A stretch of 64,000 bases of DNA from Lama guanicoe (lineage: Eukaryota). Below the pieces are notes generated by a model. That model had not been told where the DNA came from. It did not search any database and saw only the letters and a program-made list of their open reading frames with translations. The stretch covers positions 15,442,029 to 15,506,028 of the forward strand of contig MU054323.1 of NCBI GenBank assembly GCA_013239625.1, written 5' to 3'. Positions 1 to 13,355 of the stretch are shown piece by piece. Numbering within the stretch: position 1 is the stretch's first letter; each line of letters begins with the position of its first letter. Made by a program: the position numbers and the translations under genes.

Positions 1-1153
1 CATGGTCTGTTGTTAAGAGTCAAAATCCTGAAAATTAGAAAGATAGGTAAGGCCAGTTGTAATAGAAGGACATTTCAGAGGGGTCTAGAATACATTCTGA
101 TCTTGTCTATTTATTTATATTATATAAAGGATTGTTATTTACTGTTCTTAATGCTTTGGCGAAAATAAATTCCAGTCTACGTCACAGAGCTTTTATAAAT
201 ATCAGTAGTGTGTTTTTGCAACAGTGGACCTGAAAGGACGCTTGTTTTAGTGTTTTGATGCAGTTTTAGTTCATTGCAGAGGTGCATTTAAAGTGGCTTC
301 CTCGAGTATCCTGGAAACCACATTGAGCAAGGGCACCGGTGACCTGTCCCATGCTGGTGGCCTCAGAGGACCTGGCTTGCTTACTTTCGAGGGCATGAAA
401 CAAAATCTCACAGACTCAGTTGTGCTTGACCCAGATCTGGGCAATTAATGAGGTTTTTAAACTTTCTAAACACCTTGCTTGTAGTATTTAATGTGATACT
501 TATCTCTGTGGTAGTAGAAGAAAACATAGTATTATCACATTTATATGTTCCTGGTGCCCTTTGGCATTTGGATTGCTAATCAGATTGGAACTTTCTGAAT
601 GTTTTCTGATTGAGAGCCAACTTGTTCTGTTTCCTCAGGAATTTTTCAGACAAATTAGGCTGTGGTGTCACACTTCAGTGCGACATGGAGCTCCCAAAAA
701 TGTTATCTATGTGTTCTTTCATGCCTCCTGGCCTGACCTGTGTCTGCCTAAATTCAAGCATTATTATAGTGTTTTCCTTAGGGGTCCTTTGGATATATCA
801 GTACCTAAGCAGACATCTTTAATCGAGAGAGCATATCCCATGTGGATCTGTAACTGTCTGTGTGTACGTGTATAGGAAACATGGTTTTCCTGTTAAAAAA
901 AAATTATACATGTCACATGTGCTTTTGTGTATTTTCTGTACCAGGAAGTGCAGCCTGTACACACAGGTCCCCTGTGCATGTGTGAATTTATAGCCAGATG
1001 TGTGTAAGCACATGTCCTGACAAGGTGACAGTGTGAAGATAAATGCAACGGTAGGGTTATTTTTTTTAATCTTACTTGGCATCTATGTGTGTGTCTATGT
1101 TTACCTACGACAGTGCTGATGATGGTCTTATGTTCTCTCATTAAGAGTTTCCT

Positions 1154-1301
1154 GGGGCGAGGGTACAGCTCAAGCAGTAGAGCACATGCTTAGCATGCAC
1201 AAGGTCCTGGGTTCAACCCAGTACCTCCTCTAAAAATAAATAAATAAACCCAATTACCCCCTCCTGCCTAAATAAATAAATACATACATAAAATTTAAAA
1301 A
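1154..1301 (+). mobile_element. tRNA-Ala-derived SINE, camelid vic-1-like, long-tail variant
   Basis: tRNA-like head GGGGCGAGGGTACAGCTCAAGCAGTAGAGCACATGCTTAGCATGCACAAGGTCCTGGGTTCAACCCAGTACCTCC with A-box and B-box-like motifs and a (TAAA)n tail. TSD AAGAGTTTCCT (1143-1153) / AAGAGTTTTCT (1302-1312) at a TT|AAGA site. Family name from recall. Confidence 0.88.
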
Positions 1302-3769
1302 AAGAGTTTTCTGAAAATTTTTCTCATCTTTGATGATAGAAATTAGTTGTAGAATCTTAAGCCCCAGTTGTGCATTCCAACAGTTCTTTTTTAAGAGTTG
1401 GTGTAATATTATGCACTTTTTGAATCGCTTATAGAGGACGAGGCAAGACTCTTCAAATAAATATTATTCAGACTGCTTCCGCTTTCATTTCCCTTATCAC
1501 TATAACAGCCACACCCAACTTTGCACTTAAACCTTGTTGTCTATCTGCTTCCCACACGCTAGTGAAGCTGACCCTTTGAACAGCAAAGGAAATACGAGAG
1601 ATAACGTTGAAAACTGTCTTCCTTTTGTTGACATTTCTAGAGCAACAAGTCAGAAGGCTTGTCTCCCTCTGGGTGGACAAGAGGTGACGGGTCACGGTTA
1701 GATGGTATGGCCATTAGTAACCAGGATGACTCCCCGCAGAATTATTTCAAACATTCCAGTGAGTAACTCAGAATCTGGTAAACAGAAGGGGAGTGATTGT
1801 TAACTTATAAACTGTTTCCATTTTCTATATATGGGAAGGAGATTACTAGGGAGGAGGTGAGGGTCAACATAAAACAGAGGCGTCCACATTTCTGAGGTCA
1901 GGTCATTCTGGATCACTCTAAGTGAAACGGTGTTTTCCAGGAGCCTCCATATATGGCCATTCAGAGCTCTGCAGTGGGAGTCCTTTGCTATATGTTCTGC
2001 TGGGCTATTGATTGACGTGAGATCTTTATACCATCTTTGCCACATCTTACAGTTGTATCACTGCTCAGTTCAGAGAGATTAAAACACCTACTGAGTTGAT
2101 ACTTCATGGTTTTGAGTTATTCATCTATTCTGCAATCATAGTAACCTTTCTATCAAGATTTTTGCCAACTCTTAGAAGAATTCTTTAGTTTCAGATATGC
2201 TTTGAAGACGTTGATTGATAGGAGTCAGTGGGTGGCCCATTCGATATACATTTTCTGAACATAATGAAACATGGTTGATTTTGTTATATTTCCCATGGGC
2301 TGAGGTACTGTTTTCTATTACTAGGAAACACATTTGAAGTCTTTATAAAAGTCTGATGTGGAGTACCTCCTAAGAAAAGAAATAAAATGATTATATCTCA
2401 CATTATTTATTGTTATCTGTAGCATCAAAAATAAATTAATGTCCCCAGGAAAAAAAGGTTATAAAATTACAGCACGTAGACATATTGAGGGATTAGGAGG
2501 TAGTAAATGTGAAATGGGCGTAAGAATGACTTCATTCACTTACTGGCTTTTTGGAAAAGCTCAGGCTGTCAGGGAAATGAACCAATCTGTATTAATATGA
2601 AGCATTAGAAATTTAAATAAATCGTGTTTGAAAGCAATACCAGGATTTCCCCTGAATGCTGCTGAATAAATTCTTGTTAAATGTCAGTTAAATGTGTGTC
2701 GCTGGCATGCAGAAACTGAGAGGGCCACAGAAATATCCACTTCGGGCTTTAAAATATTGAAGTCCTTTAATGTTCATTTGACCTTCAGTTAAAGGACATA
2801 GTCACATAGCAGAGGAAATGCCTCGAATTCTAGCATCTGGGTTTGTTTCTTTATACTTTTTTGGCACAGTTACAACAGTAGGGCTTTTCTTTCCTTAAAT
2901 TTTTTTCACAGTACAGTCAACACAGGCTTCTCACACAAGCGGGAAAGGACAGTCGTGAGGCCAAAAGCAATATGTTTCTGCTCTCCCCCGGAGGCAGGGC
3001 CTAATTGAATGGCTTGTTGTTTCCAGAGGGCGCCTAGAACCGAAAAACAAATAAACAGAATCCCACACAAATACAAATTTTGTGTAAAATTAGATACCTA
3101 CACGTGTGCGTACAAACGTATTCTGTATACTCAAACCTTAATATTAGCCGTCAATGTCCTGTTTTTTTGAACTTCTTGAGTCTTTGCCACTGTGTTCAAA
3201 TTATTTCGTCTGTATATGGTTTTGGCATCTTCATCTGGATTTTCAGCTGCTTGGAGCTGTTTCTTTTGTAGCCTGAGAAGAGAATGTAGTTTAATTAAAG
3301 TGCTTGTAAAGTGTGTGTATTTTGACGTGGGTGCTTTATTTCGGCTCTGTTAGTCCTTTAGACATGTTTGTCATTTATCACTACTGAAAGGTCACTTAAA
3401 ACTGGAGGGACTCGAACTATGGCATCTGATTTCCCATTAATTTAAATACTCATATCAAAACAATAAGCTGGGGACAGTTTCCCATTTTTGTATTTTCTCA
3501 GCTTTACATCCAGTCGTTTCTGTGTGTGTGAGCTTTATCCCCTGGGTCCCCTTTTTTTCCGTAGGAGTTGAGTTTGGTAGCGTCTTTATGTCTTTACAGT
3601 GGTCTCCTTAGCCACTCGCTGCTGAAGACTCTCAGGCTTAGGAATCACCAGTGCTTGTGGGCCATTTGTGTGGTTCTGAGGTGGAAAAGATAGGAAACAA
3701 CACTATCATGTAGAGGTGTTAACAGACTTAAAAGTAGTCCTAAAGTAATTTTCAAAAGCCATCTGACCT

Positions 3770-3873
3770 GGGGGGAAGGGAAACAGCTCAGTGGTAGAAC
3801 ACATGCTTAGCATGCATGAGGTCTTGGGTTCATTCCCCAGGACTTCCATTAAAAAATAAAAAAATAAAAAATA
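3770..3873 (+). mobile_element. tRNA-Ala-derived SINE, camelid vic-1-like, short variant
   Basis: GGGGGGAAGGGAAACAGCTCAGTGGTAGAACACATGCTTAGCATGCATGAGGTCTTGGGTTCATTCCCCAGGACTTCC plus A-rich tail. Perfect 14-bp TSD AAAAGCCATCTGAC at 3754-3767 and 3874-3887. Confidence 0.9.
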
Positions 3874-4004
3874 AAAAGCCATCTGACTCACAAGCTTGTT
3901 TTGTCTGAAGTTTATGTATTGGATTTATTTATCCTGTAAACTCAAATTGAAGGGACTAGTCATCTGCCCTTAGCAGGTGTGTGTGTAGTTTCTCCTAATT
4001 TATA

Positions 4005-4830
4005 CATTCATGCATTCGTTTTACAGATATTTCTGGAGCACTCGCTCTGTGTCAGACACTGTGATGGACGCAGGGTGAACAAGACAGACAGGTCCTGGTC
4101 CCCTCCGAGCTCCCAGTCTTATGGGGAAAATAAATAAAAGCCATAAATATAAGTATGTAAGTGCAGTTGGGTAACAGAATGCTGAGGCCGAGATAGGATG
4201 GCTTGAGAAAGTCTGTCTCTGAAGGACGATGTTTAAGTGGTGCTGAAAGTTAAGGAAGCAGCCGTGCAAGGAGCCTGGGGAGGAACATTCTAGGCAGAGT
4301 GAGCCATGTATTCAGCAACCCCAGTGGGAGAAAGAGCTTTGTGTGCTGGGGGATACATGATTCAGTGTCTGGAGCACAGAGTGGGAGGCGGGAGAGGGAG
4401 TGGAGAGCTAGGGAAGGGACCGAGTCACAGACACTCTCAGGTTAGGAGTTTGGATTTTATTCCAGGTGTAATCTGAAGCTGTTAAAGGGTTTTAAGCTTC
4501 AGGTGGAGATGATAGGGTACCCTTTTTAAGACCATCAGCTTTGGCTGCTCTGAGGAAAGTTTCTCGTTGCAGGAGGTGGAGTGGACCTGGGGTCGGGGGT
4601 AGGGGTGTTAGGGCACTGAGGGGGAGCCCCAGGGAGTGGTACGTGGCTGGACGGGGGTGTTGGCAGAGGAGTTGGAAGGAAGTGTCATTTAGAGGTACAG
4701 TTAAAGAGTCTCAAATTGATTGGATTTGAGGGTCAAGTTAGGTGGACTGCAGACTGACCCCACACTGCTGGCTTGAGCAGTTGGTGCCCGTTCCTGAGAT
4801 GAGGAAGACTGGGCAACAGCTGGATGGAGT
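4005..4830 (-). mobile_element. LINE-2 fragment (3' end, antisense)
   Basis: Begins CATTCATGCATTCGTTTTACAGATATTTCTGGAGCACTCGCTCTGTGTCAGACACTGTG, resembling the reverse complement of the L2 3' terminus, followed by a typical purine-rich L2 body. Boundaries approximate. Confidence 0.75.
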
Positions 4831-7009
4831 CAGAATTACCCTTCGAAAAGCAACAAAGCATACCAAGGTAGAGGTGATTTTGAGTCCTTTTCTTAGTGAG
4901 GATGTTTGGAAGTTAAGTCATTAAAGTATATCAATGTCTGCAACAAAGAGCAAAATTCCAAAAAGACTCCACTTGGTTGTAGTTTCTCAGCTTTGTCTTG
5001 TGCTGACTAGCCAGCCAGTCCCCTGCCTGTTCCATAGGCAGTGCTTCCCTCTGACCTTTGTCAGTGCTTCTGATTCTTCCCGAGGGATGTCACCAAAACC
5101 CACACCCCGGTTTGCATAGTTTCTCTTTAAAATTGTTCACAGATTCTTTGTGTAAGTTTCTGACAACATGCATCTCCTGTCTCAGGCAGTATTGTCTCAC
5201 ACCAGAATCCCAGGGGGAAACCAGGGCCACCGAGGGACATGCAAGTGCATGTGTGTCACTTCTCATGCACACTCCTGAACTGAGGAGGAGTCCCCAGACT
5301 GTGTGAGTCATTCTCCCATTCCCCTAACGGAGCACCTGTATTGGAGTGTGGGCGGACCTGCTGTACTTTGAGGCTGCGTATTTATACCATATTTCCTCTC
5401 CGGCATGCCTGCCCATGTTTCCTGAAGGCAGAGCAGTGCTTGGTGCCTGGGGGGGGGGTAGTTAATAAATGTCTGATGATTTTGAAAAATGATGGATTAA
5501 AACTAAATTATAGAAGTTCACTCATGGTATACTTAAAAAATTTGGACTTTGTCTTACAGCCATTGTGGATCTGTTGCAGGCTTGTAGGGAGAGGGAGTAA
5601 GAATAGAAAGTTAATGAAGAGATAGTATAAACAGATCGGTTGTCAGAAAGTATCCTCAAGTATAAAACATATTCAGAATCTGGGAAAATTTCAGGGTCAT
5701 GATCATGAATATTAATTATCATTGACCTGATAAGGAGGGAAGTGTGTAATTGTTGGAGATTTCCAGGGGATAGAAAACAGGACACCACCTCATACTGTCA
5801 TACTCCATGGAAAGGAAGAGACATAATAGGTTTAGTATTTTTTTTGACCCGTCACTTGATTTGACTTACTCCTAATTTCATTGAAGCTCACCCTTTTAAG
5901 CCCTGGTCACATTTCTTTTCGGTATGATTGCTGCCAGTTTTTTCAGATAAAAAGGCAATATCATCCTTGCTGTACGCCGTTGGAAAAAGCCCTGGCACAG
6001 ATCCTCCCGAAACCGAAGAGAGAAGTTATTAGCAATATCCAGACCAGTAGCTGACTGGCTCACGCTCTTCCTCCCATGACCATTCCTGATTAATGGGAGA
6101 ATCTGTTCTGTAGTTGAAAAGCCTCTTTCCCGAGCCCAGTCTGTCCTGGCTTCAGAGCGTGGCCAGATGCACAGCGAAAACCACTGCCAGGGCTCTGCTT
6201 GTGATTCCATCCTCAGCACGTCCAACGTTGTGCACAGGGAGCAAAGAGGGGAGATGAGCGTCCAAGTCCATGTAGACGTTTCAGCTGATAACAAAGACGC
6301 AGCACCCTCTAATCAGAATCCCTTCACTCACATTGGGCGCTGTGTCCCCTGCAGGGCATGTCGCTCTCCTCCATGTGGACGTTGTAATTCTTCCTTTATT
6401 CTTTGTCCTTGACTCGTAGCCAGGCCACTTAGCTCCTGTGTCTGCAGTGATTAATTTGCCCTGTAACTTTTCCTGACATCCTTTCCTCACCTCTCTTCTT
6501 TCTCTCCTTATCATCTCTTCCTCCATACCTCTTCTAATCTGTTCCCTCCTGTCCTCCTCTACCAGTGACCTTTCCCCATTACAGTGAAATAGCTGTGCGT
6601 GTTGGCCTATTGCCAGCAATATGAATGCACTTTTTTTTTTTGGCCAAACTACAATTTTTACCAACTTAACAAAGTTAATGCATTTTATGGCGGTGTTGGT
6701 AGCCTGAAATAATAAAATTCTGTTCTAGCAGATCATATGTTTAATTTGCCTCTCTTGTTTTCCTTGTTCTGGATTCCATCTATTTTATTTCAGGGGCCTG
6801 TTATTTGGGTGGTTGAAGTTTAGGATCCTTGTAGGGTCTTCACAGGTCAAGAGCAATCTCTAGTGTGCATCCGTGGTATGTTAAAAACGGTAACATGAAG
6901 ATCCAGGATACATTTGTGACAGTTAAATTCTTACCAAAGAAGATTTTGTTGCAGGAAACATTCACATAATACAGCAGTAAATAACACGTAGCCCAAGCTC
7001 AAGATGCTT

Positions 7010-7330
7010 CCCATTTTCTTGGGGAGGCAGGCATGAAAACAGTTCGCTAGAATAGAAAGCAGAGTGAAATAAGTACATTTGTAATTTAGAGATACAAGAA
7101 AAAGGGTGCTGAGAAAAGAGTGCTGTTCTGCCTGGGAAAATCAGGGAAGATGAGCCTTCCCAGAGATGGTGCCATTTTATTTGAACCTTGGAGGATGGAT
7201 AGGATTTCAGTAGATGGAGAGGGACAAAGGGCCCTCCAGACCCAGGACATGGGCAGGGAGCACCCCATGTGTGTGGGGAGAGTGCAGACCTTCCCGTGGG
7301 GCTCAGAGTGGCCGGCACATGATGATGAGT
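7010..7330 (-). mobile_element. LINE-2 fragment
   Basis: GGGAAAATCAGGGAAG...TTTGAACCTTGGAGGATGGATAGGATTTCAGTAGATGGAGA resembles antisense L2. Approximate. Confidence 0.55.
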
Positions 7331-7789
7331 GTACTGACTCATCTTTCTAAAAGGGTGTGGCGAAAGGAACAGGAGTAGGTTAGACTTGTAGCCTGAAGGT
7401 AATACAAGATCTAAGAGAAGAGTGTTTTTGGCTTTCTGTATTTTAGAAATTTTAGCATGTTTATGAACAGAAAAGAAAGAGCCAGGAGAGAGGGAGATAG
7501 TCAAGGCACAAAGCAAGAGAGTGAGACCCCAGATGGCCCGACAGACTCTCCGTTAAGCCCTAATTTTTAGACTTTCCGTGTGTTCTTGTTCTGCTGTGAA
7601 GAGGCTCCCTCTGCCATTCAAAGGCGGTAAAGCCGTTAAACCAAGGACTCTGGCCCCTAAATGAGGCTAAGTTACCTTCTCTCAATAGGAAATCACGTCT
7701 CCAACTCTCTACAACTATGTTGGCAGGATTCAGAGAACAGAGGTATGATTGTCTTAATTGAAAGTTTTGTTTCTGTTGGGTGTTACTCC

Positions 7790-7870
7790 TGAGGTCTTCG
7801 TGAATCTGTGACCTTGGGTAAGTCATTTAACCTTCCAGAGCCTTGCTTGCCTTTATGAGAACAAGATGGT
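7790..7870 (+). mobile_element. MIR SINE core fragment
   Basis: CTGTGACCTTGGGTAAGTCATTTAACCTTCCAGAGCCT matches the MIR core motif. Confidence 0.65.
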
Positions 7871-9211
7871 GAGTCTGGACTTATGTCACAGGCCGCGGTG
7901 CTACCACTGTTTAAAGTTGGATACAAATCTGGGCTCTGGCCTTTCCGTCTCGTCTCTCTTCCTCACTTCCCTTCCTCTCTCCTGCTGTAATTATTAACCT
8001 GGTTTATCCTGATGTTATCCCCATGATGAATATAAGTGGATGCTGCTCATTCAACTCTCACGTATTTAAAGCACGTTTTTCTAACGATTCAGGTAAATGG
8101 TGTGTAGGCTTCACGTCTAAGAAGGTATCCTAAAGTTTAAAACTAAAGTTCTGGTTATATATACAGCTCTTTATTATTAGGATGACATGGTAATTTTGTT
8201 GAGAGAGAACTTGACGGTTTGCAGCATTAAGACGTGTATACTTTGAGATTCAGTCATTGCTTTGTCCTTTTGATTTACATCTAGTACCTCTTTGTGAAGT
8301 TGAGATTGATGTCAGGATAAGCACATGGTGCAGTAAAAACTGCAGCTCCTTGCAGTATTTAGGTTAATATTAGAGTCCTCTATTTGCATTATTAACAAGA
8401 GTACATTTTATTGCCACTTGAAATAGACTCACTGGCATCCCAGAAAAGGTGGGTTTGATATTGGCCACTTGTTAAGGCTGGATCCAGGCCACTGACATTC
8501 CATGTTCTTTGTAATGTGCCGAGTTCTTGATACACATACCTTATTTATCATGCTGAAGAGACTGAATGCACTGATTTTAAGAAGGAGGTCTCATGCCAGG
8601 GGAGCGAGCTCTTTTAATACTGCTTTCTTATTCCTGAAGCTTAGGTTAGAATCTGAGCATAAGGTTTCATTTTATTTTCTCTGGAACCAATTACTATTTA
8701 AAGATGAGAAATGCATGAGTAAATAAATTGAAGAAGGACTTTTGGAAATATTCTGACACGAGTGCTCTGTGCAGCACATCTAAAATACCTGGGATGTGGT
8801 CATATACCCTGGTCATACTTGGTGGTGAGATTAAGAAAGATGGCAGCTCATAAATAATGTAAATTCATACCAAATTGGTGGCATTAAAGCCCAATGAGGT
8901 GATTGTTCTCTTTGTTCTGCTGACCCTGTAACTTTAAAACCCTGTTCCATTCTCTGCTCATTTTAAACATTCACCACTCACTTCTGAGTCTTATTTCCTC
9001 TTAGTCTTATTGTTTCCTGTCTTTGTGTGTGTTTGAGCCCTTAACTCGCACATATTTAATTCTCTCTCACTTCCTGCCCTCTTTCTTCTTATATCTTGTC
9101 TTTCAGGTCTTCCATGGTTAAAATGTTCTCTTGCCTACCAGCAAACTATATTAGCTTAATTCATTTGTTTAAAAATAAGACTCTTCTTTCTGTGAATGAG
9201 ACCGTGATGTA

Positions 9212-9400
9212 AGAATAACTAACATTTCTTGTGTGCTTATTGTGTGCTGGTGGTCACCAAGCACTTTGTATGGATTATTTTATTTAATACACACAAGAAT
9301 CCCACGAAGTAAGTTAAAAGGGTGAAGCAACTTGCTGAAGGTAGGAGTAGAGCTAAGATTGAAACTCAGTGGGTCACTCTGGATCCCGTGTTCTGAATCA
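9212..9400 (-). mobile_element. MIR SINE
   Basis: AATAACTAACATTTCTTGTGTGCTTATTGTGTGCTGG...ATTATTTTATTTAAT...GTGAAGCAACTTGCTGAAGGT resembles antisense MIR. Confidence 0.65.
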
Positions 9401-9599
9401 GTTGTTGCTTTATTGTCTCAGCTATTCAATCTGTCAAGATTTAACGATCCCAAGTGATGTCACTGCACCGCTAGACGCAGGGGCTAGAACTGCAGCAAAG
9501 ACCCTTTCCTCTTGCAGTCCTGTGTCCTGAGTCTCTTTTGAAAGGCATGTGTGGGTGCTTCCATCATCCCTGCGCCTGACTCTTTGAAAGGCAGGGAAG

Positions 9600-9850
9600 T
9601 CTCCACCTCTGTGAAGCTGGAGTTTGAAGGACAAGTAAGAGTTTACCAGCTGGGAAGGAAGAGAAGGCATAAAGACATGAGATACGGGAGAATGTGGGAC
9701 AGTTGAGGGAACAGTGTCTTGCACTGTCACTGGAACAGGCGTGGGTCCTACAAGAGTGGAGAAAGGGGACAGATGGTAGAGATGAGACACGGGGCTGGTC
9801 AGGCCCAGAAGCCAGAGCTTTCGAGTGCCATGGGACAGCATGTGGACTGT
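9600..9850 (-). mobile_element. LINE-2 fragment
   Basis: GAAGCTGGAGTTTGAAGGACAAGTAAGAGTTTACCAGCTGGGAAGGAAGAGAAGGCAT resembles antisense L2. Confidence 0.5.
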
Positions 9851-10756
9851 GTTCTTCAGTCCCAAGGATGCGGGGGTGGCCATACTGTGTTTCCCTTCTG
9901 GGACCGCTCCTGCCAGTGGTACCTCGCAGGGGAGCCTGGGGGCTCCGCGGTGTCTAACATCAGTAGCTGAGAGCACTCAGTGAAGAAGTTAAGAGATTTT
10001 ATTGCCTTAGCATTGTAAAAACTAGTGTTTCACACAATCTTTTGATCTCTGGTCCTGTGCAACTACAAATTAAATTAAACCCGAAGCCATAAACAGCTTA
10101 ATTTCAGTGCTTATATTCTCAACTTGTAAGATTAATATAGAGATATTTTCCAAAGAAGTTTTTATGTAAGCTTAAATGTATGGCTTTTATGCAATTGTGG
10201 TTTGTTTTTTCTAACTAAATTAAAATTTTAGGGGGGAAATTGTGCATTTAAGTGATGCTATTGAAGAAGCATTTGGATGACGATGAAGAGCTGTAATCAG
10301 TGCTGTTTAAAATGGTTATTTACTTCTGTTAAATACTGTTTAAAATTAACCTTCGTAAAGCAAACGATATATTTCTTGATGGCATTTTTTTGGTCAAAAA
10401 AATTTTATTAGTCATTTTTCTGGTTTTAACAAGATGACTAGATAAGGACCCAGTTGCTTTTTTTTTTCCCCCTCATTTTAAACCCAATCTTTTCTACTTT
10501 CAGTCAGAAAACTAATGAGAAGGTATTAACATTTCAATCAGGTTGCAAATGTATTGCCTTAGCTTGCTCTAGGAAAGGGAATTACCTACTGGCAAAAAGA
10601 GGAGAATTAAATGTAATAAGGTCTGCCTCACGGTGAGATTCTTGGGTGGGGACTATTTGAACCAAATTCCAAACATATTTAAAATCTAGACGGTGTTCAC
10701 AGTCCCTTAGAAGCCCATGTGCTTGTTTCAGTCAGGCTGCCCTGTACGGGGTGCAT

Positions 10757-10865
10757 GTTTCCCTCCCTCCCTTCCTCCTTCAGTCCTCCCTCCCCTTTTC
10801 TCTTCCTTTTCTCCTTTCTTTCCTTTCTTTCTTCCTTCGTTTGTTTGTTTGTTCGTTCGTTTTTA
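10757..10865. repeat. Pyrimidine-rich low-complexity tract, (CCCT/CCTT/TTTC/GTTT)n
   Basis: Seen directly in the sequence. Confidence 0.85.
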
Positions 10866-13273
10866 GTTGCCTTCAGCGTTTGCAGCACTTTTCTCTTGGA
10901 TGCCTTTGGTCATGAAAACCTTTCTTTAAAGTTGGATTTTACTTTGGGAAATAGCCAAAGGCATATGGTGTCATATCTGATTAATAAAATAGGTGAGCCC
11001 TTTGGGGAATTGTATTCTTTCTAAAATGTAAGATAGAACTATTGGGCACTGAGGCTGATTTCATTGTAAATCTCATGAACTGCCTTTAAAGAAAATGTCA
11101 AAAAGAACATTACAGAAAGGTGTTGAGAAATAGCAGAATTAGAATAACTCTGTAACTTCTTAAAGGTGACTTTGCAGAATAACATGATTTGAATGTGTAA
11201 GTCCTACTATTTTGTTTCATGGGGACTTTGCCCCCTTAGTTTGCTGTCATATCTTATGTATTAAATGTAATTAATATTGTTTAATTCCAAAAGAACATTA
11301 GTTAGTATATTACTGGATATGTGGGGATTTGGGCTGCACTCTGCAGGCCTGCAAGGTCTGTACTCGCCCAGCTTTAAGACCAAAGAAAGAACCCAGAGTC
11401 AGTGACAGAGGTTTAAATGGGTGGGGGAATCTTAATTGTCTAAAGCAGGGTCCTGAAGTGATTCCACTTGGTATGTGGCAGATGAGGGCAGGACATGGTG
11501 GCAGGCTTTGCTCCTGGGGGCAGTGGGAGGTCACCAGTTACAGGGAAATTGACCTCAGCTTAGCTTGTCGGTTACCAGGGGAACCAGCAGAGGGGTACAG
11601 CCCTCACCACCTCTGGTGAGAACAGTCACTAGCCAGAGCCTGGGACGAGAATGTCGGAAGGTCAGTCCTGTGAGCAGGTGTAGGTGAAGCAGGCACTGGT
11701 CAGGCAGGGGATGTACCGAGCGTGAGAGAACAGCCACCTTGAGTGGCCTGACCGCACAGGGGATATACCTGCATCCGTTAGTAGAGGGTCCAGCAGATAG
11801 AACGTGGTAAGGCAGACCTTTTTTTGCCCTGTATAACTCAATGGTTGTATCATATGAAATTCCCAATGTCCAAAACATTGTTGTGTTTCTGAGGCTCGGA
11901 GAAGCTTTGCTCTCAGTAACTGCCAGGGTTTCTTCCATACAAGTTATTTCACTACTTACACTTTCTAATAGTTCACCCGTAAGTAGTAACTTACCCATCT
12001 GGAAAGGGAAAGTTCTGCTCCAGAGGCTGAGGCTGTTATGATACTAAAAATTTGGTTTGTCTGTGACAATGATGTGATGCCTATGGTAAAAAAAATTTTA
12101 AATAATGTGGTGTAAGTCAGCTTCTTGAACTAAATGATCTTTTGCACCTCCCTGCTTCCTCCCCCCAGGTTTAAAGATGCCAGTTTTATTCCCGTGATGT
12201 TCTCATTGCACCTCCCCAGATGCTTCGTTGACTCCTTTGGAGATGGTGGTTCTCACCAGCATCTGTGTGGCCTATTACCGCTAAGTTAGTGATGGATCTG
12301 GGGCCAAAATTTGTTCTCTTGATTCTTGTCCATTGTTTGTCCTTGTCATATTTTCTTAGCTGCCTTAAATATGTCAGACCCCAGGACTAGTTACAGAAAC
12401 ACTGCAGTGAATTATCCAGTCTGAGCCTTTTTTCTTTCAAGCATATAAATAGTATATATAATAGAAACAGTGTTTAGAGTGCTGGGTGAGAGTGGAATTA
12501 CTTCCGTTCTAGTGTTTCCCAACTCTGTGGACCAGTCTCTTAAATTGTCTGAGTCAGAGATTCGTGAGTACTTAAGAATTCATTTCAGTGCACTGTAGAC
12601 CTTTGAAAATTGCAAATAAATTTAGGTGGTTTATTTTCAGAACTGATTTCCATTGTACTTCTTCAGGTAACTAGTGTCATACTGAGGACCTTAAGCGCGA
12701 GTCACCCCAGAAGAGGACTCATTTGAATTGCATGCCTATTTAAGGCTTTTGATTGAGCATGTTTTTAACTCTTTAAAAATAATTACCATGCTGGATCTGG
12801 AGACCTTTGAAAAGTCCATAAAGTTCATTACACCTTGAGACACACCCTCTGCTCAGTTGCTTAAGCACTGTATCAACTTTACAGGGATCCTCTGTCAACA
12901 AAGTCAGTGTGGCTGAAGTACGGTGTTCACTGTGCGCAGACTCTTCTAGAGGAAGAGAACAGTGACACTTAAACCTTTGTTAGCGACTCCAGGCCTCTTG
13001 CTGTTGAGTAGTTGAGACCAGGAGGCTTGTGGTTTGAATTGGTGCTGCTGACTGCTGTGCTAAATTATTTGAGTCCTTTGCCGTTGTGTCACTCGAAGCT
13101 TTGACTTGATGTTGTTGGTTTGATTCCATGACTTATAAAAAGATCCCAGAACCTTTGAGAGCTGTTTTAGGGTCAGCGGCTGACGAGAATGATCGCTGGT
13201 ATGAGATACCAGTGTAAGCCTCGAGGTGTGTTGCTTAAACCTATCAACAAACCAGTGAAGTAGAAACTTTTTT

Positions 13274-13355
13274 CTCTTCATTTTACAGATGAGGAAACCA
13301 AGGCTAAGAGAGGTGGTTGCCCAGGGTCACACACTAGTAGTTAAGTCATGGAACT
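13274..13355 (-). mobile_element. MIR SINE core
   Basis: CATTTTACAGATGAGGAAACCAAGGCTAAGAGAGGTGGTTGCCCAGGGTCACACACTAGT is a close match to the antisense MIR core. Confidence 0.8.

Noticed and set aside
1154..1230. tRNA-Ala-like gene (also 3770-3848)
   Set aside because: Degenerate stems, A-rich tails and target-site duplications show these are SINE copies rather than tRNA genes.
12130..12290. Strong-looking 3' splice site at 12168 (also at 9106) suggesting a cryptic exon
   Set aside because: Only a weak downstream donor (TAA|GTTAGT) and no coding signal; decoy acceptors are common in long introns.
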